Positions 12,336 to 26,800 of a stretch of 64,000 nucleotides of DNA are shown one piece after another. Within the stretch, counting starts at the first letter, position 1; every line of letters starts with the position of its first letter. The position numbers and the translations under genes are program-made. This DNA is from the human T2T-CHM13v2.0 reference genome, Homo sapiens. The notes under the pieces are model-generated. The model made no database searches. It had not been told where the DNA came from and saw only the letters and a program-made list of their open reading frames with translations. The stretch lies in NCBI RefSeq assembly GCF_009914755.1, contig NC_060926.1; one strand, 5' to 3'.

Positions 12336-13464
12336 AAGAATAATCTGACAAATGTTATTGTTACATAAATAAACCTGAAAACCCTCTATAAAAAGTTAAA
12401 TGAGGACAAAACCCAAAGGAGGAAGTAGAGCGACAAAGTGATTATTTTCTCTCTCCCACCAGCTAAATATAGTACTGAAATGTTGATCCGGTCATTGGGT
12501 TTTCCTACTTCTAATGAGGGGCCTGGCACAACTCTCTATGTAAGGATCTTTATTATTCAGTGCAGGCTAGCATTCAAAGCTCACTTGGCAGAGTGGATTA
12601 AACAAGGAGGCTGCACACATTCCTCAGTTTATCAGCAATTCCACAGTGACATGCATTTTCTCTTTTTCCTCTACTCATGAATGCTAAAACCATCAGCTGT
12701 GCAAGTCTCCCTATTACCTGTGTGCTGAGGGCTAAGAGGCCATCTTTATAACCCTCTCCTGATGGTGGGCAGGCAGCTCAGCTTCACAGCACTTTACTGT
12801 TTACTAGTAAGGCTGGTGGGTCAGCCAAGAGCCAAGAGTTACATGAGCAATTTCTTTGAATAATGATTAAGAAGGGGTGTGTGGATATGAATAGATGAAA
12901 GAAAAACTAAATTTTATCTCTTTCTAGTGAAAGAAGGCCAGCTTAGCCACAATTTAAACATCAAAGTCAGTGACTATTTTTAAAAGCTGAAAATTCCAAG
13001 CAGTGATGGGATTCACTTGGTTTTTTTTTTTTTTTTTAAAACAGAAAAGCTTAACTTTGGCAAATGGAAGCTATATCCCTCTTTATTTATTCTACCCATC
13101 CTCCTTTCCCTGTTCCTTTTGAAAAGCCCTATGGGGCCATATTATGCTGTCAAAATATAGCCTCTATCAGACCATTATCAGGCCATAATTAGTTTCCTTT
13201 GGTTTGGGGTCATTTCATTTGTTCAAAAACACTAATTTTAAAACCAGGGCAGAGATATCTGGTTGACTCTTTGTTTGTTGTTTGCTCTTGTACAGCTGAC
13301 CTAGAAAGCCCTTATCTGTGTTATTAAAAGGCATTATTCTGTAATTCAGCCACTAGAATGCCAGAAGTTACAGTGCTTACTTGTCATTTGGGGTATGACC
13401 TCTCTGAGCAAGCAGACAGTTGATACAAAGGAAAAACAAATGAATATTTCCTGTAAAGGAATAT

Positions 13465-13650
13465 TTTATACCTCTTCACTCAGAGCCTGACAACGTGGGT
13501 GCTCAAAAAATATTTGATGAGCCCATGAAAGGTGTCTCGTATTGTCTTAAGATCATTTTGTAGACAAGAACCATATCTTATAAATTCCTTTGTCTCTTCC
13601 AGCACACAGCACAGCTATGGCTTCAGAATAGGTAGTTAATCGATATTTTT
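13465..13650 (+). mobile_element. Two L2 3' end fragments
   Basis: gcctgacaacgtgggtgctcaaaaaatatttgatga and cttccagcacacagcacagctatggc...taggtagttaatcgatattt. Confidence 0.5.
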
Positions 13651-14789
13651 AGGTAAATAAACAAAAAATTATTTTTAAAGTAAACATATAAATCCTGCTA
13701 AACAAGTTTTATGCAAGCTACCCAAGAATACATTTGTCTCTTTGTCTCTACTTTCTGATATCCAACTGATTTTCATACACTGATATCCAATCCTTCTCTG
13801 TCTTTTAAATTTCATCATACACTATGACCCCCCATTTATACCAGCTTGAATGGAATTTTATCTTGAGTGTGAATCATTAAAAATTATAACTCATAATGAG
13901 TCCCTCTCATACCCCTCTTTGTGAGACCTCACGTACTATAATAAACACACCCTGCCACCCCTGTAAAGAAATGCATTAGCCCCAAGGCAATATCAAACCA
14001 CCACATACACAGCTAAAGGAATCAATAGTCACCTTACAATTGGATTTGACCAGAAGCAAAGCAACTATTTTTTCAAATCTAATTTTTTTAGAAAAGGTAG
14101 TGATAAAATAAAGCTGATTATACAGACATTTAAAGTCCATCTGAAACCTCCCAAAACAATTTTGTCTGTAAGACAGTAGTGGCACAATAAATATGGTACC
14201 ATATAAATATATAGCATAATGCATTCAAGTAACTTATATAGTCATTTAGAGCCATGGATAATTTCTCAGGGCTCTGTAAGAAAACTGACATACTACATAA
14301 CTTAATTATCAATGCTGTACCCAAGACTCAAGGCAAATACTACCCATCAATAAGAGGCAGAATTGGGAATTAGGTTTGTCTAGGGAAACCTAGTGGTTCA
14401 TTGGAAGTTCCGTCTGGCAGACCTTATTTAAAAAAAGAAAGGAGGAAGATATTAAAAACAATCTAGTTGGACTGGAAACTTGAATAAAACATCTTGGAAA
14501 AATAAGTATGTCCAGGATATCAGCATTTCTATTAGATTCGGGGAACAAAATTTTGGTGGTTTCAGATTACTTCAGGAGATTCAGCTTGTGTGAAAACTAC
14601 ACTCAGTCTTGTCTTTAAGGTGCCATTTGGCTTAATCAGACCAAAGCTTTTCTCCTCAGCTTCATTCTGTTGCCCAACTACAGCTTCTGCTCATGCTCTG
14701 CTTCCCTGAGAAAACCTAAGTCCTCGAGATGTCTCCAAACAAGCTACCAGTCCTCCTCTTTCCTGTCAGACCTCCTCTCCTAATTCCCT

Positions 14790-15148
14790 CTCCCTCGTTC
14801 CCTCCTTTCTGCCATCGCAGCCTCCTTGCTGTTCTTAGCGTAAACTAGGCCCCATCCCACCCCTGGGCCCTTGCAGTTGCTGTTCCCTCTGACCAGAATA
14901 GTACCAGTCTTCATGCTGCTCCTACATGGCTTCCTCCCTCACCTCCTGCTCAAACAGCATCTTCCCATTACACACCCTCTGATGCCCCTATCTAATACTG
15001 AAGCTTCAAACTCACTCTCTCTTTCTCTTATCAAGATATAAGCTCCATTAAGGCAATAATTTGTTGGTTTTGTTCACTACTGTCTTCCAAGAGCCTAGAA
15101 GACTGCTTGGAACATAGGCTTTCACTAAGTATTTATTGAATAAATAAA
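14790..15148 (+). mobile_element. L2a 3' end
   Basis: ggcccttgcagttgctgttccctctg; taagctccattaaggca; ttttgttcactactgt; agtatttattgaataaataaa. Confidence 0.85.
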
Positions 15149-15359
15149 GGACTAGATGCTAGTTTGAGGTTAATTGATTTGCTTTAAATCTCAACTGATA
15201 ACACATTAAGTTTGTTTTCACATGGTTTTAGATACCAATGCCAAAATAAAATGTAGATCAAACCTTATCTCTCCAACCATAACAGTGATCATCAATGTTT
15301 CATTGAACAATGTCGTTTTAAAACCTATGCCCATTTTATGCATTTGTTGAGGTTACCGT

Positions 15360-15515
15360 GCTGGGGGAAGGGAATGGAAGGAGGTGTAGATGAAATAAGA
15401 ATGGCAGATGTTGACAGCTGTTGACTTTGGGTGGTAGGGGCACAGATGTCCATTATGCTACACTGTCTGCATGTATACATTTGAAATGTTCCATAATGCA
15501 AAGATCTTTTAAAAA
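15360..15515 (+). mobile_element. L1M (MC/ME) 3' UTR end
   Basis: gtagatgaaataagaatggcagatgttgacagctgttg...tttgaaatgttccataat. Confidence 0.7.
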
Positions 15516-16699
15516 CTTATATTGAAGTCCCTTTCCAAATCGAACTGGGAATAAGGAAAAAGGAGATTTACAATTTTCATGCTAGCCTGTAGGCTATTTG
15601 TTATATAATGTCTTTCTTTATGTCCACATTTTTAAAACTCTGCACTTTCTTCAAAAAATTTGCTCAAAAACACAGCCTCTAGGAGTCAGAATTCCCCTAG
15701 ATAGATGTTAGTGGCTTTCCAGCCTTGAACAAGGTCTTAAAACCATCAAAGTATGAGGCCAACCACAGAACACCCTGTTTGGAAAGAAGGTTTGTAGATC
15801 ATAGCCTTGGGAGGCAGTTAAGGGATGCCACTCCCAACTGGGGTGAAAGCAGGTAAAGGCATGTTGTGTACACCTGCACAACCTCCTCCTGCTGCCTGGA
15901 AGGGGAAAATAGCCCTGATTACAGACCCAGCTGTGGCAAGCCAGTCCTCCTCCTCCTGACTCATCTCTCAAAAATATAGCCAATCTACAGCTCCAGGAAT
16001 AGCTAAAAATCTTTTACAGATAATGACAGATTTTTGCATTAAAAAAACTTTTTGGAACTCTAAAATAGTCCTGAAACAAATGGAACTCAGTGCTGGGTTT
16101 TTGATATTCCTTTTAAGATGTCTACAATCTTTAAAATTCAAAAGACACATGATTTTACACAAGAAATTTTGTCTGTCTTGCAACATGGTGATCATTCAAC
16201 CTTGTTGATGTGCTTTTTAATTTATTCAGAATATGAAGTGTGTTTTCGGGCTGGGAGAAGTTCTAGCCTCATAGTTGCAGAAACACATATCCTCTGAAAC
16301 AGTCTGGAAGTATATATTCCAGTTCTCATCTGCTTAAATATAATCAAGTGAATTTGACATAGCTTAATGATTCTACTGTGACCCCAATCCATTCACCAGC
16401 CACAATTTACCAATTCATTAAGGCTCTAACTTGAGTAAAAACAGAAACATCTTAAGCCTCAAGTCCTTGATTCCTTAGCCAGATATTACATAGCATATGA
16501 GTGATATGAAATTTTCAAAAATAAACTATTTGAACTGGAGGTTTTAAAGACTGGTAACTAGCAACAGCTCAATGAGGTTGGCTATATCTGCTGCCCACCT
16601 TACATATTTGTCATAAACAATTGCAGAAAAATAATTTTCCAATGCAGTAAGATATTAATTCAACAAAATAATATATTAACTCAATAAAAAGCTTTTTGT

Positions 16700-18245
16700 C
16701 ACCATCTCACACCCATTAGGATGACTACTACACTCACAAAAAAAATTAATAATAATAACAAGTGTTGGCAAGGTTGTGGAGAAATTGGAACCCTTGTGCA
16801 CTATTGGTGGAAATGTAAATGGTGAAGCCACTATGAAAAACAGTATGATCGTTCCACAAAAAATTAAAAATAGAATTACTATGTGATCTGGCAATTCCAC
16901 TTCTGTGTGTATACCAAAAACAATTGAAAGTAAGGTCTCAAAAAGATATTCGTATACCCATATTCAGAGCAGCGTTATACACAATAGCCAAAAAGTGGAA
17001 GCAACCCAAGTGTCCAATGACAGATGAAGAGAAAAACAAATCAGCCTTAAAAAGTAAGGAAATTCTAGACATTTCTTAAAAGAAGATATACAAACATCCA
17101 AAAAAAAATGAAAAAATGCTCAATATCACTAATCATCAGGGAAATGCAAATTAAAGCCACAATGCAATACCACCTTACTGCTGCAAGAATGACCATAATC
17201 AAAAAATCAAAAAAGTAATAGATGTTGGCATGGATGTGGTGAAAAGAGAACAACACTTTTACACTGCAGTGGGAATGTAAATTAGTACAACCACTATGGA
17301 AAACAGTATGGAGAGTCCTTGAAGAACTAAAAGTAGAACTGTGATTCAATCCACCAATCCCACTACGGGGTATGTACCTAAAGGAAAAAAAGTCATTATA
17401 TGAAAAAGACACATTCACACATGTTTATAGCAGCACAATTCACAATGCAAAGAAATGGAATCAACCTAAGAACCCATCAATCAATGAGTGGATAAAGAAA
17501 ATGTGGTATATGTACAACACCATTGAATACTAGTCAGCCATAAAAAGGAATGAAATAATGTCTTTGACAGCAACTTGGATGGAGCTGGAGGCCATTATTC
17601 TAAGTGAAATAACTCAGGAATTGAAAACCAAGCATCGTATGTTCTCACTTATAAGTGGGAGCTAAGCTATGAAGACACAAAGGCATAAGAATGATATAAT
17701 GGGCTTTGGGGACTTGCAGGGAAGTGTTGGAAGGGGGTAAGCAATAAAAGAATGCATATTGGGTACAGTTTATATTGCTCGGGTGATGGGTGCCCCAAAA
17801 ATCTCAGAAATCACCACTAAAACACTTATCCATATACCCAAAAGCCACCTGTACCCAAGAACTATTGAAAGAAAATAATAATAATAATCACATTAAAAAG
17901 GAAGGAAATTCTGACACATGGCACAACATGGATGAATCTTGAGGACATTAAGTGAAGTAAGCCAGTCACGAAAAGACAAATACTGTATGATTCCACTTAG
18001 ACAAGAAGCTTAGAGTAGTCAAAATCACAGAGACAGAAAAATAGAATCATGGTTGTTAGGGGCTGAAGAGAGAGGAGAATAGGGAGTTGTTATTTAACGG
18101 GTGCAGGGTTTTCATTTTGCAAGATGAATGGAGTTTTGGAAAACTGTTGCATAATAATGTAAATTACTCAACACTATTGATCTATTCACTTAAAATGGCT
18201 AATTTGGTATATATTTATGTTATGTGTAGTTTAACACAATTTTTA
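16700..18245 (+). mobile_element. L1MB-type 3' fragment, host of a nested L1MA
   Basis: caccatctcacacccattaggatg; gtgttggcaaggttgtggagaaattggaaccc; resumes at 17895 with aaggaaattctgacacatg...aagccagtcacgaaaagacaaatactgtatgattccactt. Confidence 0.9.
17067..17894 (+). mobile_element. L1MA1/L1MA2-type 5'-truncated insertion
   Basis: gctcgggtgatgggtgccccaaaaatctcagaaatcaccactaaa 3' end; 18-bp TSD aaaaag(t/g)aaggaaattct at 17049-17066 and 17895-17912. Confidence 0.9.
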
Positions 18246-19454
18246 AGAAGTCAAGGAGGAAAAGAAAAAAAGGCTTTTGTCTATCTGTTGGATCAAAACC
18301 TTTAACTCCTATTCTCTAGTCTTTTGAAACCATTCCTGACAATAGATGCCCAGGTAGGCATACTTCTAATGCAGCACTAGATGATCTGCTCCAGGGATGC
18401 AGTGTAAACCAGTTGGGAGCACCTGTGTCTGGCTGCAGACAGCAGAGACGAATCTGTGGGTGGTGCCATTGACGAGGTGCCACTTTGAGGGAGAGAGAGA
18501 TTGAATTTGGCTGTGTCCAATACCACAAAAGGCACTTGATTTTAAAAGTCCAAATCAGGGCTTTCAACTAACTTGACAAGTGACACACATTGTAGCAAGG
18601 TCTATCTTATCAGATGTACCATTCAGGGCAGAAAAATGTAATGGTATAGACACAACTTTGGGTTAAAACAAATGCGTCAAGAATGGTACTCAGACCACAG
18701 CTTCCTGCTGCCCACTCATCCTTGAGGCTCCTAACCCACCCACAGATGTACTGAACAACAACTAAAACCAACTATGGGATACAACCATAGAAGTCTGGAG
18801 CCAAAAGAGCTTTCTGAGATATCTGTCTCAAGAATAAAAAAGAAATTTTAACTTACGTGGCCACCCCAATCATTTGGTAATATCTGCCTTAAATGTGATG
18901 CTGGAGAAAGATTCTAAATCTACATCTGGACACAGTGGGAAATCATGCCTTGATGGGTTGGTTATGTCTGTCCAAGATTATTCAGAGACTGAAACGGAGC
19001 TGGAAATAAAATTACCAGCTGAGTCGGATCTGTTGAAGAGCAGAATGAATTCCCAAGTATGAAAAAGTAAGTCGGTAAGCTATAAAATAGAATTTGTTTT
19101 ACATATCCTTGCCAAACTTCAGCCCACAGAATAGGAAATTACCTGGGGCAAAAGGTAATTCCAGCTGTGTTGAAGATATCCAAAACTCACTTCCTTTTTC
19201 TGGGGTAGGAGGAAAAAGGAAGTGAGTTTTGGATATCTTCTTCAACACAGCTAGAATTTTCCTAAGTGAGGTGAGCCTCCAGATATGAATGAGCTCATCA
19301 GAAAGGAGGCGGTAGAGAATCACAGAGGCATGAGGCCACCACGTCATGCCTCTATGAGGAAAACAAACAAAAAGGCAAATAAGAACAAAACATCCATAAC
19401 AATATACGCTTTTTAAGAACCAGAAGGGAACTTAGAAACTTCTAGTCTAACTTT

Positions 19455-20487
<1,033 letters not shown>

Positions 20488-21674
20488 TGATACCCAGGAG
20501 CAGAAGTATATTTTAATTTTAATAGATTAGTTTTTCTACTACTGGATAGTTTCAAAAGTTATAATAAAATTGAAAAATACAGAAAGAAAACATTCACCCA
20601 TAATTCTATCAACTTGACATACTCAATTTAGTATTTTGGTATTTTCTGAAATTCTTTTCTCCTATGCATTTGTGTTGGCCCTTTTACTTCATCATCATAA
20701 TAGTGTGACTATAACCTTATATCCTAGCAAGAACTCTAAGGAAAAGTATATAATTGTTAAAGTGTACATTTCATTAGAACTCTTTATTAAACAATATGAG
20801 GATTCAAATAGTCAGGTGTAGTCTATGATACCAAAGAGCTTATGATCTAATTAAGGAGACACACATGAAAAACAACACTTTAAAGGTTTTCAACTCAATA
20901 ACGAGGCAGAGTCTATTATCTAACTGTCCAATTTAGCAATAAATTATGAAATTACTTTCAACTTCTTCATAGACAAATGGCCAAAGAGAACTTTAAACCT
21001 AAATTTACATCACAGATAAAAGAAAAATTTAAAAAAACATGGATTTTCTAGGGTGCTTGCTTAAGCTTCTTTTGCTTAAAAAAAAATCTATAAAAATTAT
21101 TTTCCTGTGCCTTTCATTTATTGCTTTTTCCCAATAGCAAATACCCTACATGTGTTTGTGAGCCAGTAAGCTTTTAGCTGACCCATATATCTAGTTAATT
21201 TAAGATCAAGCCACCAAGGTACTAAGCTGACCACAACCCTGACCCCTGAGAAGCTGTTATCCCGTGAAGTCCATGTTCTAAGGATAGAATTTCACAGTAG
21301 GGATTTTCTACATCTATGTTGTAGAGAAAATTATTTGTGGTATAATAGATTTTTTTTGCTAGGCCAACTGAGTCAGCACTTTGTAGTGTTAACATTTAAT
21401 CCCTCTTCCCTCTTAGGTTTTTGATTCACACTCGTCCTGGAATCAAGGCAGGCCAGCATGATGCCTTGGAAGTCATTCTTTGGGCCAGAGAGGACCAGGG
21501 AAGGCTCATGACATTTCTAATTCTTTTGCTGCCAGATCTGATGAGCAGCTGCTTTCAGAGAGGTCTCCACCTCCAGGGTGCTTAAACTGCTTAGCCAACA
21601 AATCTGTGAAGTCATGCATACTGTAAACTGGCTAGTGTGCATGAATCTAAAGATTTCTCAAAAATGGAGTGTAA

Positions 21675-21711
21675 TGTCCTGCACATGTATCCTAGAACTT
21701 AAAATAAAATA
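21675..21711 (+). mobile_element. 37-bp extreme 3' end of an L1P element with perfect TSD
   Basis: tgtcctgcacatgtatcctagaacttaaaataaaata flanked by aaaaatggagtgtaa at 21660-21674 and 21712-21726. Confidence 0.9.
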
Positions 21712-22223
21712 AAAAATGGAGTGTAAAATTATGAAAATATTTGAAGCCAATTCATCCTTCTGAATAAAGTGACAGCTACTCCTATTTGTATATCCAAACT
21801 AAATGTCTTTATAAAGTCTGGTGTGTTATGAAGTTTATGTTTCAAAGAAAATGATTCATAATACCTTGAGTTTTATAATATCTATTATGTCAACATAAAC
21901 AAATTAACAAGCCCATCAATGCAAGTAAATGATTTAACATGAATGAAGCTAAGAGGTATTTAATGTAAGTCACAGAGGACTTTGCAAGGGATGTAACACT
22001 TTTTTATTCTTATTTTGTATAATTTCTGGATTTCTTCAAAATGTATGTAAACTAGCCCTTTGACACTTACATATTCCCAGACATTCAAAAATTCCCAGCT
22101 TTTGAGAATCTTTTTGATACCTCCTGGCTCTCTTCCAAATTATGTTTTCATCATAAGCCAACTTTCCTGGACAGATCTTCACATCACTAAAGTTTTACCC
22201 TCTCACTCAATGGCTATTTTCAT

Positions 22224-22224
22224 A

Positions 22225-22271
<47 letters not shown>

Positions 22272-22276
22272 ACACC
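22224..22276. repeat. (CA)n microsatellite
   Basis: Direct inspection. Confidence 0.95.
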
Positions 22277-24834
22277 CCTAATGTGATATAAAAATTAGCA
22301 GAGCACAACAAAACTTTAAAACTATATTGATGTAAAGGTGATGGACAGCTGTCTAGGCTCACCAGGAAGCAAATGTTCAGCTGCCACCTACTACCCTGTC
22401 TCCAACCTCAATTCACACCGTTCCAAAATTGCGATAACGTATATATCATGGACACCGAGATCCAAGAGAAATCACTACAAACTGCAAATGCCAAAGCCTT
22501 GAAGGATAAACATCAATTGTTATTGACTATCTGATGCTGATACAAAGCTCACAGTGCAGTATATAAATATTCTTAGGAAGGCTTTAAAAAGGCAGCAAAG
22601 GGACTCTGATGGCTTGAAATAGATTCACCATTCAGAAAAGGAGAACACTGTGGAATTATCAAAAGGTTCACTCTAGAAAATGGCTAGTACAAGTACAGAG
22701 ATCAAATAAACAAGCCTTAGAGATTCTCAATCAAACCTACTCTTCCCTGTTCTGGTTGTGTCTTTGAGGGATCATTGAAGGTGGGTGTCCCACTTAATAC
22801 TAGTATCATTCTAACATATTAGAACAAGCATCCCCTTTATTCTACCCACATTTATGGCAGACTTATTTCCATAAGCATTTCTGTAAATAATTATATCTTA
22901 AGTTCTTCTAAGAACTTTCTGCTGCTATAGCACCCAAAGAAAAATATTTCAATTTTTTTAAAGGTCATAAAAGGAACCCAAATAGAAAAGCACAGAAATG
23001 TAACAAGGATCATTTATTATACCAATAAATAAGCTTCCGTTTCCACAGTTGAAGTCACAGTCAAAGCCAGAAAAAAAGCTTGAGCAGTAACCAAGGAAAA
23101 TGGTTTTCATTTTTTAGTGATTCTTCCTATTCCTCTAAGATTTTCAAAGAATCAGTAGAGTAATTCAAATAAACCACAGAAAGAAATGGGTGGCAAATGA
23201 CAGTGATGGGATTACAGCATGGTAGTTGCTAGAACCTAGAATGTAATGAAATGAAATTTCAGTTCCATAGATTGTAACAATATAGGAACTGCTAACAGGT
23301 AGCATTAGACAGGCTTTTCTCACTAGCTCAAAGACTCAGCCAAATGCCTGAATCTGACAAATTCATTTCCCATCTAGAATTTTTTTAATCTTTAAAAATC
23401 TAAAGACATGTAAAGGGAAGAAGTCTTCTAGTGTAGATTGACAAAAACCGTGCATTTGAAATGCAAGGGAAGAAAAGCTTTCCTTTACCCAGTGTTTGCA
23501 GGACTAGAATACTTTGAGGAAGTATCCAGGTGTACCCAAGCTTTAAGAGTGCAAAAGCCTTTTGCATTCACCCTGCTGTTCTTTGCATTTAACATCTGTC
23601 AAGTATCAAGGAATGAGGACAAAATAAAAAGGAGATAAAGAAACACATCCCAGCAATTTGTTTAGGCTTTACTTCTGTCCAGCGTTGATTAGAAAATGCA
23701 TGGTACCACTGTCTTTCTCTGAGTGGCTGACAATTGAGTAAATAAAATGGGGAAGAGAATCTGAACATGTGCTCAAGGAGGAGGATTTTTTAGACCTGGG
23801 AACTTTTGTGTGATGATTGGTTAATTCTTGTAAAACAAGGAGTTTAATAACGAATTCCTGATGTTTATGTCACACGATGTAGCATCCCAGGAAGCCTGTC
23901 ATGGAGCAAGTCAGTTCAGCTCTCTGGGCCTCAGCTTCGTATATACATAATGAAGACAGACAGATCATAAACCCCATCTTCAGTCTTAGCTCAAAAAGCC
24001 CTTCAACCTGTAAACAGGAAAGACTCTTTTATATGTGTACACAGGGCTAGGTATTACCACTGTCATTCCTTCTAAGTCAAAACCATCCCTTGGATTCACG
24101 TCCCCAGCAGCCTAACAAAAGCAACATATGTAATTCATTTATGATTCTCATGAGTGAAGTATACTAGGTGGGAAATTATACACTAGGATTACATGGGCAA
24201 TTAACCAGCTTTGTCAATTGAAGTAATGACAGCTGTTAATCATATCTTTTAATTCTTCTCTATTTTTAATGTTATTATAACCCTTATAACAATTTTTCTG
24301 ATCGCTTTACTTTCTCCTAGTCTTTTTTTTTTTTTCCTTCAGAAAATCCTAACTGAACTCTTTGTGACCTTCTCTTATGCTTGATAATTTTCCCCCTGGT
24401 AACTCTTGCTTCATTTCATTTCAGCCTTCTAGTTTCCTGATTCTTCTAGCTCCCTCTGCTGATTGTAGCCAATTTGCTTTCAGGGTCTAGACAGCTATCA
24501 AATAAAAGTACTAACTCACACTCCTGCTCTGTAACCTTCACTGACAGGAGAAAAGAATGCGTTATTTGGTTGAATTTGGAGGCACCTTTCAGACTGTATA
24601 GTTCAGCCTTTTAGGAATAAGGAAACTAAGTTTCCTCAAATATGCCACTGAAAATAACTGAACCATATGATTTTTAACATCCTTCAGTAGTTAACCACTG
24701 CCACACAACATCTGGGGGACTCTAATGAGTTCTCACACTGATTTTAAGTCCATATCTCCAAACAAACAACATTTTTATTATCATCACTACCCCCTAAAAA
24801 TTCTGGACAAGAGAATTTGGTTCAACAGCTGCTC

Positions 24835-25900
24835 TACTCATCAGGGTTTTTGGTGGAAAACAACAGACTCTCCTCTGGCTAATTTAAGCAGTAAGGAGAT
24901 TTATTAGGGGATATTAGGTAACTTACAGAAATCACAGGGAGACTAGAAGTTCTGTTTCCAGGAAAATGCCCCCAAATGATGCCACAGAACTAGAGTAATA
25001 AAGACTCTGTTGCTAGTAATGCTGCTATCTTCATGAATTAAATTCCAGGACTTGACTTCACTGTACCTGCCACTACCTCCAGTACAAATGCTTCTCTTCT
25101 TACTACCTCTACTGCACCTGCAAGTCAGCTGCCTCCATAGCAATGTGTTGGGGCTCAGAAACCAATACCCCCAAAATATGGTGCTCTGACATGCTGAGCT
25201 GAGGAAGAAGCCTCAGGCTCTCTCTGACCTCCCCCTGCCTCACTCCTGTCTCTCAGTCCTGTCTCCCCCACAGTACAGGATAAAGTTGTTCTCTGAAGTG
25301 CCCTTATCTGCCTAAAGTCCGGACCCACCAAAGAAGAAACAATTATCTCTGGTCCCATCCTAGAGTGTTCACTAACTGAATTCATATCACAGGAAGAAAG
25401 CCTGAAGCCTGTCCACACACCTGGACACATGTTTGTCACAAATAACCAACTGTTCTGCGGGCCCAAGAGACTTTGTCCTAGGCCACTGTATGTGTTTCAA
25501 GCCCATTGAATTCCCTCCAAAAATCACCTACTATACCCCTAAAATCATCCATACTTCTCCATCTCCCTTTCCTTTAAGAAAAAAGGGTATACCCCTTTTC
25601 TACCCCATTGTGTGGTGGGGTAATCACTGTTATTTTCCCTGCGCATGTTAATAAATTTGTATGCCTTTTCCCCTATTAATCTGCCTTTTTTTGTGTTATT
25701 TTCAGTGAATCTTTAGAGAGCAAAGGGAAGTTTTCCCTTGGCCCTTACATAGGCAAACCAGAGAAGTCAGCATAAACCTGTTTCCTCATGCCCTTTCAAA
25801 CCAAAGCATCACATAAGCATGCCTTATTGGAAGCCCAGCGTGCCACGCTTATGTCCTAACCACAAGGGACACTGAGACTCATAATATGGGAATTGCCCCA
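24835..25900 (-). mobile_element. Old MLT1-type LTR split by an ERV1 LTR
   Basis: caacagactctcctctggctaatttaagcagtaaggagatttattagggg; appears to resume after 25750 (ttattggaagcccag...tcctaaccacaaggga). Confidence 0.6.
25146..25749 (+). mobile_element. ERV1 solo LTR, MER34/MER39 group
   Basis: Starts tgttggggctcagaaaccaataccccc-aaaatatggtgc; aataaa at about 25650; ends gggaagttttcccttggcccttaca (TG...CA). Confidence 0.85.
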
Positions 25901-26169
25901 CATATGTGAAGGCTATTCAAAAACGGATGGGCATCCAAAGAGCTCCCAAATGTGGATCTCAGGTGCTAAATGAAAAGCAGAATCTGAACCCCTTCCTGCT
26001 CCATTCCCCTGGTCTTGCCCATTTTATTAAGGCACAATTACATTCACAGATGATTCGGGTTCGGCAGTCAACAGAGAGCAAGAAACATTCTTTTTATCCA
26101 ATACACATCCAGAGCAATACTGGGCACACAATAAGTGTTCAGCCAGACTTATCCAAAAATGGAATGCTT

Positions 26170-26800
26170 ATACAGTGCTAAATATCAAGCATCTGCTATA
26201 TCCAAGGCTTGTTTGGGATGCTGAAAGATAATACATTGATGAATTAAATATGGTCCAGTCCTCAAGGAATTTACAGCTTGGGAATAGGAAAAATATGTGG
26301 GGACTAAATTTAATATATCTTTACAAATACTATGCAATGACAGAAATATGTAAAATGTGCCAGGAAAACATAAGAGGAACAAGAAATTAATCCTCCCTTG
26401 AGTTAGAAAGCTGGGGAAGAAGTGTGACAATGTTCAACCCAAGGTGCAAAGAGTTTTATGGAGGAGGAGAAATTGCATTTCAAGCAAGGAGCTAGTGAGA
26501 GCTACAGCTTATAAGCACTTGGCCATGCCAAGCATTCTCCTAAACATTTCACATGTAGTAAGTCATTGAACTCTGTCACCAAACCCATGGGGTGGCTACT
26601 ATTAATATTTGTGTTTCACACAGGATTTGGACATGGGTGTCCTGATTCCAGCATCTGGGCTCCACACTGTGACCCCCAACACTCATGCTGCAATAGCACG
26701 GGCACAGGCTCAGAGGTATGAAGAGCATAGTGCATTCAACGAAGAGCAGCAAGTTCAACAGCTTTAAGGATGGTTGCTGTATATAATGGTTTGGAGGTAA
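26170..26800 (-). mobile_element. L2 fragment with an internal MIR (about 26500-26690)
   Basis: ggtccagtcctcaaggaatttacag (L2); ggatttggacatgggtgtcctgattccagc (MIR); gaggtatgaagagcatagtgcattca (L2). Confidence 0.6.
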
